Positions 35,727 through 44,532 of a DNA stretch of 64,000 nt are shown piece by piece. Position 1 is the first letter of the stretch; every line of letters begins with the position of its first letter. A program made the translations under genes and the position numbers. The notes under the pieces were generated by a model. That model was not told the DNA's origin and made no database searches. It saw only the letters and a list, made by a program, of their open reading frames with translations. This stretch comes from Syntrophales bacterium (GTDB taxonomy: Bacteria; Desulfobacterota; Syntrophia; Syntrophales; UBA2192): the NCBI GenBank assembly GCA_036725345.1, contig DAIMEJ010000013.1, forward strand, positions 19,162 to 83,161. The letters run 5' to 3'.

Positions 35727-36896
35727 TTGGAGATGGATTTTAAACTGTCAGAAGAACTGGAAATGCTGCGGACGATGGCCCGCGATTTTGCCAGTGAGAA
35801 AATCGCTCCCAATGCCGACAAATGGGACGAGGAGCATTATTTCCCCTATGAAGAAGCCGTTAAGCCGATGGGGGAACTCGGCTTTTTCGGCACCGTGCTT
35901 CCGGAAGAGTACGGCGGAAACAGCATGGGCTGGATGGCGGCGATGATCCTTTCCGAGGAAATCGCACGGGCCTCGAGTTCCCTCAGGGTTCAGGTCAACA
36001 TGCAGGGACTGGGTTGTGCCTTCACGATCTTCCGCTACGGTACGGAGGCCGCGAAGAAAAAATACATCCGGAAGCTGGTCAGCGCGGAGTACCTCGGCGG
36101 TTTCGCGATCACCGAGTTCAATGCCGGTTCCGATGTAATGTCCATGCGATCGGCGGCAGAAGACAAAGGGGATCACTGGCTATTGAACGGCTCCAAGACC
36201 TGGATCTCAAACGCGAGTATTGCCGATGCGCTCATTTACTATGCCTATACGGACCGCTCGAAGGGCACCAAGGGGCTGTCGGCCTTCGTCCTTGAACCCA
36301 AGAATTTTAACGGGATTTCGACGACGGATCTGGACAAGTTAGGCAACCGTTCTTCCCCGACGGGTGAAATTTACCTCGAAAACACAAAGATACCCAAGGA
36401 GAATCTCCTGGGTCAGCCCGGTGACGGTGCAAAGATCGTCTTCGGGTCCCTGAACCAGACGCGCCTTTCCGCTGCCGCCGGGGGTGTCGGGGTCGCGCAG
36501 GCCTGTCTGGATGCGGTTCTCAAGTATGCCAATGAGCGCGTGCAGTTCGGCAAGCCCATCGGGCAGTTCCAGATGATCCAGGACATGATTGCCCAGATGC
36601 TGGCCGATATCGAGGGCGCGAGGCTCATGGTCTACAAGGCGGCCTGGCAGAAGGACCAGGGAAATTTGAACAACACCTATGAGGTGGCTCTGGCCAAGTA
36701 CATGGCCGGGGAGGCGGCGACAAGGTGCAGCAACTTTGCCATGCGGATTCTGGGAGCCTACGGGTATTCCACGGAATATCCCGTGGCCCGCTATTACCGA
36801 GATGCTCCCACGTATTCCATGGTCGAGGGGTCGGCAAACGTCTGCAAGTTTATCGTCGCGCTGGATCAACTCGGCACCCGGAAGACCGGCAAGTAA
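35727..36896 (+). CDS. acyl-CoA dehydrogenase, glutaryl-CoA dehydrogenase-like (possibly the non-decarboxylating type)
   Basis: 389 aa. The ACAD fold is certain. The glutaryl-CoA assignment rests on the gcdA-like gene immediately downstream and on my recollection of the Desulfococcus/Syntrophus enzyme. It is not verified. Confidence 0.85.
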   Translation: MEMDFKLSEELEMLRTMARDFASEKIAPNADKWDEEHYFPYEEAVKPMGELGFFGTVLPEEYGGNSMGWMAAMILSEEIARASSSLRVQVNMQGLGCAFTIFRYGTEAAKKKYIRKLVSAEYLGGFAITEFNAGSDVMSMRSAAEDKGDHWLLNGSKTWISNASIADALIYYAYTDRSKGTKGLSAFVLEPKNFNGISTTDLDKLGNRSSPTGEIYLENTKIPKENLLGQPGDGAKIVFGSLNQTRLSAAAGGVGVAQACLDAVLKYANERVQFGKPIGQFQMIQDMIAQMLADIEGARLMVYKAAWQKDQGNLNNTYEVALAKYMAGEAATRCSNFAMRILGAYGYSTEYPVARYYRDAPTYSMVEGSANVCKFIVALDQLGTRKTGK

Positions 36897-36992
36897 GAAA
36901 GAGAGAAGAAGGGTCTGGGAAACGGAGCAGGGTATTGATGACCTGATGCGGATTGTTGTGAATGTCGTGATTCTAGCAGAGAGGAATGAAGC

Positions 36993-38795
36993 ATGAGACA
37001 GTATTTTGAAAAGATGGATGACCTTGGTAAGCCTTTCAAAATAGACCAGTTTGATAAGATGAATGGAAATGCCAAACAGGTCGAAGAGGCGATGCAGGAA
37101 ATCGAGCGGGAAATTGAAAGGGTGAAGAATGCGGGGATTCCCGCCGAGACCGTCCGCAAGCGCGGGCAGATGACGGTATGGGACCGGATCGAATATCTCG
37201 TGGATCCCGGGCATTTCTACCCCCTCCACACGCTGTACAACCCGATGGAGAATGAGGAGGGGATGACGGGTGTCATCGACGGGCTGGCTCGCATTCAGGG
37301 GAAGTGGTGTGTCCTCATCGGTTTCGACAACAAGGTCATGGCGGGCGCCTGGATAGCCGGGCAGGCGGAAAACAACCTCCGGGTTACGGACCTGGCCAAA
37401 ATTCTCCACGTACCGTTGGTGTGGCTGGTGAATTGTTCCGGTGTGAAGTTGCCCGAGCAGGAAAAAGTTTACGCGAACCGTCGCGGCAACGGGACCTGCT
37501 TTTTCAGGCACGCGGAACTGGAGCAGCTCGGCGTGCCCATCCTGGCGGGTGTTTATGGAACCAACCCGGCCGGCGGGGGTTACCAGGCCATCAGCCCCAC
37601 CATCATGTTGGCTCACAAGGATGCCAACATGGCTGTCGGGGGCGGCGGTATCGTCAGCGGCATGAGCCCGAAGGGCTTTTTTGACGAGGAGGGGGCCGAG
37701 CAGATCATCAATGCCACGAGGCACTTCAAGGAGGTCCCCCCGGGGAGCGTGAAAATTCACCATGATGTCACCGGCTTCTTCCGGGCAGTTTACGAGAAGG
37801 AGACGCAGGTCCTCGATGCCCTCAAGGAGTACATGCTGAACCTGCCCTCCTACAGCCCCAAGTTCTTCCGGGTTGCCCAGCCCGCACCGCCCAGGTACGC
37901 CCCGTCGGAGCTGAAGTATATGATCCCCATGGACCAGAAGGCGGTGTACGATTTCGACAGCGTGCTCGCCCGGCTCGTGGACAATTCGGAACACCTTGAA
38001 TTCAGATCGAAGTACGGCCCCGAGATTTACACGGGTCTCGTCAAGGTGGACGGATACCTGGTGGGGGTCATTGGGAACCGCCTGGGTCTGCTGGGGAGAT
38101 ACCCGGAATACACGGCAGATTACTACGGGATCGGCGGCAAGATTTACCGGCAAGGGTTGATCAAGATGAACGAGTTCGTCACTCAGTGCGGACGCGACCG
38201 GATCCCCATCATCTGGTTCCAGGACACCTCAGGCATCGACGTGGGCGATACGGCGGAGAAGGCGGAACTCCTGGCGCTGGGACAGTCACTCATCTATTCC
38301 ATCGAGTCAACGCCGGTGCCGATGATGCTCATCGTGCTGAGGAAAGGAACCGCCGCCGCCCATTACATCATGGGAGGACCCACGGCGAACAACCACACGG
38401 CCTTTACTCTCGGGACAGCGGCCACTGAAATTTACGTCATGCACGGTGAAACAGCGGCGGTCGCATCCTACGCCAGGCGGCTCGTAAAGGAAAAAGATGC
38501 AGGGAAGCCGCTCGGCCCGGTGATTGACAAAATGAACGAGCTTGCCCGGCATTACGTGAGAAAATCCCGCCCGGGCTATTGCGCATACACGGGTTTCGTC
38601 GATGAAGTCGTTCGGTTCGAGGACATGCGAAAGTACATGTGCGCCTTCGCGAACTGCGCCTACCAGAATCCCGGGTCGATCTGTCCTCAGCATCACATGA
38701 TGTTGCCCAGAATGATACGGTCGCAGGTCGTGCATGGCCTGGAGAGGCCGAAGGCCGTGAAGCCGGCGCAGGCCAAAACGGCGGAACAGAAATAG
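36993..38795 (+). CDS. gcdA: glutaconyl-CoA decarboxylase alpha (carboxyltransferase) subunit-like
   Basis: 600 aa. The N-terminal MRQYFEKMDDLGKPFK, then GKWCVLIGFDNKVMAGAWIAGQAEN, LVNCSGVKLPEQEKVY and YGTNPAGGGY resemble GcdA rather than the ~510-aa PccB type. Confidence 0.75.
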   Translation: MRQYFEKMDDLGKPFKIDQFDKMNGNAKQVEEAMQEIEREIERVKNAGIPAETVRKRGQMTVWDRIEYLVDPGHFYPLHTLYNPMENEEGMTGVIDGLARIQGKWCVLIGFDNKVMAGAWIAGQAENNLRVTDLAKILHVPLVWLVNCSGVKLPEQEKVYANRRGNGTCFFRHAELEQLGVPILAGVYGTNPAGGGYQAISPTIMLAHKDANMAVGGGGIVSGMSPKGFFDEEGAEQIINATRHFKEVPPGSVKIHHDVTGFFRAVYEKETQVLDALKEYMLNLPSYSPKFFRVAQPAPPRYAPSELKYMIPMDQKAVYDFDSVLARLVDNSEHLEFRSKYGPEIYTGLVKVDGYLVGVIGNRLGLLGRYPEYTADYYGIGGKIYRQGLIKMNEFVTQCGRDRIPIIWFQDTSGIDVGDTAEKAELLALGQSLIYSIESTPVPMMLIVLRKGTAAAHYIMGGPTANNHTAFTLGTAATEIYVMHGETAAVASYARRLVKEKDAGKPLGPVIDKMNELARHYVRKSRPGYCAYTGFVDEVVRFEDMRKYMCAFANCAYQNPGSICPQHHMMLPRMIRSQVVHGLERPKAVKPAQAKTAEQK

Positions 38796-38812
38796 AACGG
38801 AATAATTAGCTT

Positions 38813-38880
38813 TTGCCGGGCCGCGGCACGCGGTACCGTATCTACCTCCTTCGCATGAAGCAGGCCCGGCAATCGCTTTT
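38813..38880 (+). terminator. long hairpin plus T-run after gcdA (possible terminator)
   Basis: TTGCCGGGCC (38813-38822) pairs with GGCCCGGCAA (38863-38872) and encloses a smaller CCGCG-GCA-CGCGG hairpin. A TTTT run lies at 38877-38880. Confidence 0.4.
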
Positions 38881-38944
38881 ACCAGTAGGCCACATTAGTT
38901 GGGGCGGGGTATATCTCGATTGGATGCGCTTGTCCGCCCCAAAA

Positions 38945-38996
38945 ACAGGTTAAAGAGCGGCGTTTGTAGACTCCCTCCAGCCGCTCTTTAACCTGT
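38945..38996. repeat. 17-bp perfect inverted repeat with an 18-nt spacer
   Basis: ACAGGTTAAAGAGCGGC ... GCCGCTCTTTAACCTGT, located in the noncoding junction between gcdA and the IS remnant. Confidence 0.8.
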
Positions 38997-39176
38997 ATTA
39001 ATATCGGGGACTACTCCTGAACACTGCTCTCGTCGCGCCGGGATCAGTGCTAATCGACGTGGGGACTGTTGCTGCTGCGTTACCGGGGTGTCTCTGTGTT
39101 TGTCTGGTCTAAACGGCCGGTCAGCGAACGGACCGGCATTGTCCTTTCCGCCGAGTCTCGTAACAGGTAGCGCTTC

Positions 39177-39311
39177 ATCAGGCTGCGTAATTCCAGAACC
39201 AACGGCAAGGTCGAGCGGGTCATCAAGACGCTGATGGAAATGTGGCACGAAAAGACCCCGTTTGACCCCTCGCTGTATCGCATGACGGAATGGAAACAGT
39301 TCCTCAGTTAA
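39177..39311 (+). mobile_element. remnant of a DDE transposase/integrase (rve-domain C-terminus only)
   Basis: A 44-codon fragment IRLRNSRTNGKVERVIKTLMEMWHEK...WKQFLS. The TNGKVER motif is characteristic of IS481/IS3-type integrase-core proteins. An in-frame stop lies just upstream (39168-39170) and there is no start codon, so this is a fragment. Confidence 0.55.
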
Positions 39312-39517
39312 TATAACGGCGACCGCTTTCAGAAAGGGAAAGAAACTTAACTCTGGAAGAGAGGTTGCTCAAACGCGTTCATCCGATGTACGGCACACAA
39401 CGGTCGATTTTCTTACAATTCAATGATCGCATCCTCAGACGGATTGTTGCGATTCTGAAAAGGCTTGACAAAATGGAAAGGATAAAATATTTCGTATACA
39501 AGACATAATAACAGAAT

Positions 39518-39925
39518 ATGCATTACGAAAACTGCCTGCATTTCCTGATTGCCAAAGTCAATCAAAGAATAAACGGGATTTTCAAATCCAGGCTGCAGCG
39601 TTTTGGGCTGACGCCGGTACAGAGTGCCGTTCTGGCGGTCCTTTATGAGGAAGAGGGGCTTTCCGCGGGAGAAATCGGAATGCGCCTGGTACTTGATAGT
39701 GCAACCATTTCAGGCATTTTGGACAGAATGGAAAAGGATAATTGGATCATCAAGAAAATTTCTCCTAACGATGGAAGGTTGCTTGAAATCTCATTGACGG
39801 AGAAAGCTCTCAAGGTCAGGGAGGAGATGTGGTCAGAAATTGAAGCATGTCATCAAGAAGCCCTGCGACCACTCAAAATTGAGGAGAGAATTCTTCTTGA
39901 ACGTTTCCTGAAAGACCTGAGATAA
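39518..39925 (+). CDS. MarR-family transcriptional regulator
   Basis: 135 aa. Winged-HTH pattern LTPVQSAVLAVLYEEEGLSAGEIGMRLVLDSATISGILDRMEKDNWI...DGR. Confidence 0.85.
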   Translation: MHYENCLHFLIAKVNQRINGIFKSRLQRFGLTPVQSAVLAVLYEEEGLSAGEIGMRLVLDSATISGILDRMEKDNWIIKKISPNDGRLLEISLTEKALKVREEMWSEIEACHQEALRPLKIEERILLERFLKDLR

Positions 39926-39937
39926 GGAGAAAATTTT

Positions 39938-39967
39938 GCTTATTATCTTGTATGCAAGATAATAAGC
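39938..39967. promoter_or_regulatory. perfect palindrome, probable MarR operator
   Basis: GCTTATTATCTTG-TATG-CAAGATAATAAGC: 13-bp arms with a 4-bp centre, between the marR stop and the NMO-A start. A related half-site TATACAAGACATAATAA lies upstream of marR at about 39495-39511. Confidence 0.55.
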
Positions 39968-40013
39968 CTCATGTTGAAGCTACAAAAATTCATTGAAGTA
40001 AATAAAGGGGATA

Positions 40014-41057
40014 ATGATGCGAACGAGAATGACTGAGATGTTTGGCGTGAAGTATCCGATCATGCTGGCCGGGATGGCGTATGTCAGTTTGCCGAAGCTG
40101 GTGGCGGCCGTGTCGGAAGCCGGCGGGCTGGGCACTTTTAATTGTGCGGCGAACACCCCCCAGGAGATGAAAGCGATCATCCGGGAAATTCGGTCTCTCA
40201 CCGATAAACCCTTTGCCATGAATTTCACTCTCTTGCTCCCCAATGCCCGGGAAAATGCGGAGGTGGCACTGGCGGAAAAAGTCCCGATTTTGAATTACGC
40301 CCTGGGGAAAGCGGACTGGATGATCAAGGCCGCCCACGAGTATGGCGGGAAAGTCATTGCCACAGTGGCTACGGAGCGGCATGCGCTCAAGGCCGCGGGG
40401 GACGGAGCGGATGCTATTTGCGTACCCGGTCACGAGGCGGCCGCGCACGGAGCGGAGGTTACGACGCTGGTGCTGACCCAGATTCTTGCCCGGCGGGTCA
40501 AAATCCCCATCATCGCAGCGGGTGGTTTTTGCGATGGCAGGGGGCTGGCAGCGGCCCTGGCACTGGGTGCCGACGGCATATCTATGGGTACGAGGTTCGT
40601 GCTGACCAAGGAGTGCCAGGTCCACGAGACCGTAAAAAAAGCGATTATGGCGGCCTCGGAAAACGACACGCTCTGTTCGGACAAGATTGACGGCATGCCG
40701 GGCAGATGGCTTAAGACGAAAGCGACGATGGAGATGGCCGAAGGGAAGCTTAACTTTGTGGAAGCCATATCGAGTGCGATGAAAGTGAAGAAAGAACTTG
40801 ATGTTCCTATATACAAATTGCTGGTCAGCGGCCTGAAACAGAAAGACAGGGGTGTGGCTGACCTGGCCCGGCAGGCTTTGAACGTGGTGGGAATCAAGGT
40901 GGCGGCGGAGACAGGCAATCTTGAAGAGGGTTTTTTCCCCGTCGGGCAGATCATAGGCAACATGAACGACGAACCCACCTGCAAGGAGCTGATCGAGAAG
41001 ATTGTGACGGAAGCGAAAGAGGCCATCGAGGATGCAAGAAGGCAATGCATGTCGTAA
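40014..41057 (+). CDS. NMO/FabK-like FMN-dependent oxidoreductase (nitronate monooxygenase family), copy A
   Basis: 347 aa. FMN-barrel signature IIAAGGFCDGRGLAAALALGADGISMGTRF. RBS aaagggga. Confidence 0.85.
   Translation: MMRTRMTEMFGVKYPIMLAGMAYVSLPKLVAAVSEAGGLGTFNCAANTPQEMKAIIREIRSLTDKPFAMNFTLLLPNARENAEVALAEKVPILNYALGKADWMIKAAHEYGGKVIATVATERHALKAAGDGADAICVPGHEAAAHGAEVTTLVLTQILARRVKIPIIAAGGFCDGRGLAAALALGADGISMGTRFVLTKECQVHETVKKAIMAASENDTLCSDKIDGMPGRWLKTKATMEMAEGKLNFVEAISSAMKVKKELDVPIYKLLVSGLKQKDRGVADLARQALNVVGIKVAAETGNLEEGFFPVGQIIGNMNDEPTCKELIEKIVTEAKEAIEDARRQCMS
40093..40987 (+). repeat. 895-bp block identical to 48758..49652 (direct orientation)
   Basis: Direct comparison of the sequence lines, plus identical ORF-track translations in several frames on both strands. 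The first mismatches are at 40092/48757 and 40988/49653. Confidence 0.9.
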
Positions 41058-41233
41058 TGCCTGATTCACTGTAAGCGGCGTGGTGGTCTGAAGGTACATA
41101 AGCCCTCCGAACTGTGCTCCAGGGGGATCATTCTGCGGTGATAGCCTGAAAGGGAAGCCTCAAGATAAATTCATGCATGGAGAAGAGACTATTGACTGTT
41201 TTACGGGAGATATCCGGTATGGCCGGAGGGTAT

Positions 41234-41250
41234 GTTTGATGGCATCAAAC
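41234..41250. promoter_or_regulatory. palindrome GTTTGAT-GGC-ATCAAAC upstream of the binding-protein gene
   Basis: 7-bp arms, located 28 nt upstream of the ATG at 41278. The function (operator or 5'-UTR hairpin) is unknown. Confidence 0.3.
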
Positions 41251-41277
41251 TGAACAACGAATGAAAGGAGAGGGTTT

Positions 41278-42546
41278 ATGAAAAAAGGAGTTATGGTGTT
41301 TATTGCCGCAGCGTTTTTTGCCGGTCTCATTCTCTGCGTTCCGTTGGCGCCCGCATGGTCGGCTGATCCCATCGTTGTGGGAATTCCGACGGCACTGAAT
41401 TCGGATTACGGCCGCGATTCCGTCAATGCGGTAAAGTTGGCCGTAAAGGAGATCAACGACAAGGGAGGTGTCAATGTCGGCGGACAGAAACGACCCATCA
41501 AACTGATCATTTCGGATACGAGGGACATGGAACCGACAACGCCGGCCCACGATGCCCTCATGGCGGTGGAGAAGATGATCCTTCAGGATAAACCCCATGC
41601 CATCCTCGTCGGTTTTGCCCGGTCCGAGGTCTTCATGGCCGGCATGGAGCTCATCGCCAAGCACAAAATCCCCTATCTCGGATCCTACGCGCAGACCCAC
41701 ATGTTCCAGCAGCAGTTCGCCAAGGATCCGGAAAAGTACAAATATATCTTCCGCGTCTGTGGTTACAACGTCATAGCCGCAAAGGCAGCCACGGATGCCA
41801 TCGATGTCCTGAGAAAGGAACATGGCTTGAAGCGGGCTTTTTTCATCACCCAGGACACCCTGCTGAGCAAAGGCTTCGTCGGGGTCCTGAAGAAACACTG
41901 TGAAAATACCGGATGGCAGACCGTGGGTACGGAAAACATTGCCAGCGACGCCGCGGACTTCTCGGCGGTCCTCTCGAAGGTCAAATCGTCGAAGGCCCAG
42001 ATTACGGTTGTGTTCTGGGATGTGGCGCAGGGGGGGACCATCATGCTTAAGCAGTGGACGTCCATGAAGGTACCCTCTCTCATGGTGGGCTTTGTCATCG
42101 GTGCCTGCTCACCCCGGGGGTGGGATTTCATGGGCAAGAACATCAATTACATCATTCAGACGGAGGCGCCTATCGGCTCCGGCATTCCACTGAAAAAGCT
42201 TCCCAAGACCCGCGCTTTTGTTGAAAAATTCAACAAGGCTTACGGAAAGCCTCACGGACAATGGTTGACCTCGGCATCCTACGAATCCGTCTATATCCTT
42301 GCCGGCGCGATTGAACGGGCCGGGTCCCTTGACCCCGCGAAGCTTGTGAAAGAAATCGAGAAGACCGATTACGCGGGGGTTATCGGGAGGATCAGGTTTG
42401 ACAAGAACCATCAGGTGGTCTACGGAGACGACCCGAAGGAGACCGCCGTATGCCTCGCCTATCAATGGCTCAATGGGAAGATGGTTCCCATCTATCCGCC
42501 CGCCGTTGCCGAGGGTAAAGTCGTTCTGCCTCCCTGGATGAAATAG
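41278..42546 (+). CDS. ABC transporter periplasmic substrate-binding protein (LivK/branched-chain-amino-acid type fold)
   Basis: 422 aa. Signal peptide MKKGVMVFIAAAFFAGLILCVPLAPAWSA followed by PIVVGIPTALNSDYG, typical of type-I PBPs of the Liv family. Confidence 0.88.
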   Translation: MKKGVMVFIAAAFFAGLILCVPLAPAWSADPIVVGIPTALNSDYGRDSVNAVKLAVKEINDKGGVNVGGQKRPIKLIISDTRDMEPTTPAHDALMAVEKMILQDKPHAILVGFARSEVFMAGMELIAKHKIPYLGSYAQTHMFQQQFAKDPEKYKYIFRVCGYNVIAAKAATDAIDVLRKEHGLKRAFFITQDTLLSKGFVGVLKKHCENTGWQTVGTENIASDAADFSAVLSKVKSSKAQITVVFWDVAQGGTIMLKQWTSMKVPSLMVGFVIGACSPRGWDFMGKNINYIIQTEAPIGSGIPLKKLPKTRAFVEKFNKAYGKPHGQWLTSASYESVYILAGAIERAGSLDPAKLVKEIEKTDYAGVIGRIRFDKNHQVVYGDDPKETAVCLAYQWLNGKMVPIYPPAVAEGKVVLPPWMK

Positions 42547-42638
42547 ACTGCAGTGGTCGCGGAGGGGGGGTCACCCCCCCCCGTGATGTTACCGGTGTAG
42601 GCAGGTCCATCTGAGCTGAATCGGAAGGGTGCAAGAAA

Positions 42639-43505
42639 ATGTCTATTTTCATCTACGGCCTGACCCAGAGCGTGACCCTGATGCTCTACGGCTATGGATT
42701 CAGCCTGGTCTACGGCATCAGCGGCATTGCGAACTTCGCCCACGGTGGCTTTTACGTGCTTGGCGGTTACATCACCTGGTGCATCATCAACCTCCTGGGC
42801 TTATCCCAGTTCACGTCGGCGGTCCTGACGGTTCTCATCATGGGGTTTCTCGGGTTTGTCTTCTACTGGGGCATTCTGCTTCGCATCAGGGGGATCATTC
42901 TCTCCGAACTGGTCATCACTTTTGTCGCGGGCATCGCGATCCTGGAATTCCTGAACTGGAAGGGCCTCTACGGTTTCTATTACAATCTTCTGCCCTTCGT
43001 CGAGGGGGATATCACGGTCGGCGAGGTGTCGGTGGATTACCAGCGGCTCATTGTTCTCTGCTCGGGCGCTGTTCTTGCGGGGCTCATGTGGTTGTTTGTT
43101 CACCACACGAAGATCGGGTTGTCGTTCCGGGGCATTGCCCAGGAGGAGCGGACGGCCCTCTCCCTGGGGATCGAATCGGATTGGGTCGGGTCGCTCAGCA
43201 TGGCGCTGGGTTCGGCCCTGGCTGCCGTCGCGGCCATCCTGATTTTGCCGCTCGGTGTCCTTGAGGCCAACGTGGGTTATGAGGTCCTCATTTATGCCGT
43301 CACCGTGGCGATCGTGGGCGGCCTGGAAAGCACCCCGGGCATGGTCCTGGCCAGTTTCATCATCGGCTTCGGGCAGATCCTGGTGGCGGAATTCATCGGG
43401 TCCTCCTGGATGATCATCGTTCCCCTGGCAACCATCGTTGTGATACTGGCACTTCGGCCCTCTGGCCTCTTCGGAAAATTCAAGGAACTCGAGGAAAGGG
43501 TGTAA
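42639..43505 (+). CDS. ABC transporter permease (LivH-like)
   Basis: 288 aa, polytopic. Contains GISGIANFAHGGFYVLGGY. Confidence 0.88.
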   Translation: MSIFIYGLTQSVTLMLYGYGFSLVYGISGIANFAHGGFYVLGGYITWCIINLLGLSQFTSAVLTVLIMGFLGFVFYWGILLRIRGIILSELVITFVAGIAILEFLNWKGLYGFYYNLLPFVEGDITVGEVSVDYQRLIVLCSGAVLAGLMWLFVHHTKIGLSFRGIAQEERTALSLGIESDWVGSLSMALGSALAAVAAILILPLGVLEANVGYEVLIYAVTVAIVGGLESTPGMVLASFIIGFGQILVAEFIGSSWMIIVPLATIVVILALRPSGLFGKFKELEERV

Positions 43506-44522
43506 ATGGACAAATCTGAAAAGACTCAATTCCGCCGCGAACGGCTGGATCGGGGGATCAAGGCGAGGACGGACACCATCTATGCCATCGCCTCGTTCAG
43601 AGACATGCTGTATCTGATTCTGCCCCGGGTGCTTCCGCTGGTGCTGATGGTTGTCCTTCCTCTTCTGCTGGGCGAGTACTGGAGGAAAGTCGTCTGCTAT
43701 GCGGCGGTCTACGGGCTTCTGGCATTGAGTTGGGATTTTCTCGGGGCCATCGGTCTTTTTTCCCTCGGACAGGCCCTGTTTTTTGGTGTCGGGGCGTACA
43801 TGGCGGGCGCTCTCAATCTGTATTTCGAATGGCCGATCTACTATACCCTGCCTGCCGCCACACTGGGCGGCGCATTGTTCTGCACGCTTCTCCTGACCCC
43901 CGTCATTCGGTTGAAGGGGGTCTACTTCGCCATGGTGACCATCGTGATCCCCATCCTTTTTTCCCGCACCATTGTAGCCGGGGGTATCTTCGGTGGGACG
44001 CACGGGATTGTCAACCTGACACCCTTCAAGAGCGACCTGCTTGCGGAGTATCTCATCCTTTTTGCGCTGATCGGTTGTCTTTTCGCTTTTCGCAGGGTGA
44101 TCGGGGAGGATTACGGGCTTGTCATGCATGCCATCCGAGACGACGACCGGGCCGTGATGAGCGCGGGAATCAACATCTACTGGAGGAAGGTACAGGCCCT
44201 TTTCGTCGCTTCGGCGGTGGGCTGCCTGGCAGGCGCATTCATGTGCCATAATTACCAGTTTGTCGGACCGAGCGCCTTTTCACTGGATTATTCGCTGCTG
44301 CCCCTCGCCGCCGCGGCGCTTGGGGGGCCGGGCACCTTTGTCGGGGCCGTTCTGGGAAGCGCAATCCTTATACCCCTATCGGAGGCCCTTCGGGATTTCG
44401 GAGGACTACGGATGGTCTTTTACTGCCTGATCCTTATCGCCAGTATGATCTTGCTCCCCGAGGGAATTTTTCACTATATAGCCAGAAAATATCATCAGTT
44501 CGAGAGAACGGTGAAAATATAG
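43506..44522 (+). CDS. ABC transporter permease (LivM-like)
   Basis: 338 aa, polytopic. Contains GLFSLGQALFFGVGAY. The start abuts the livH-like stop (TAAATG). Confidence 0.88.
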   Translation: MDKSEKTQFRRERLDRGIKARTDTIYAIASFRDMLYLILPRVLPLVLMVVLPLLLGEYWRKVVCYAAVYGLLALSWDFLGAIGLFSLGQALFFGVGAYMAGALNLYFEWPIYYTLPAATLGGALFCTLLLTPVIRLKGVYFAMVTIVIPILFSRTIVAGGIFGGTHGIVNLTPFKSDLLAEYLILFALIGCLFAFRRVIGEDYGLVMHAIRDDDRAVMSAGINIYWRKVQALFVASAVGCLAGAFMCHNYQFVGPSAFSLDYSLLPLAAAALGGPGTFVGAVLGSAILIPLSEALRDFGGLRMVFYCLILIASMILLPEGIFHYIARKYHQFERTVKI

Positions 44523-44532
44523 GAAAAAAGCG

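Noticed and set aside
36339-38153. 604-aa minus-strand ORF
   Set aside because: It is antisense to the 3' end of the glutaryl-CoA-dehydrogenase-like gene and to most of the gcdA-like gene. It spans their intergenic gap, which a real gene would be unlikely to do, and it has no recognisable domain.
39990-41099. 369-aa minus-strand ORF and its partial twin 48379..49290
   Set aside because: Both are antisense to the two NMO-like genes. Their identity to each other only reflects the 895-bp duplicated block. I used them as evidence for nucleotide identity, not as genes.
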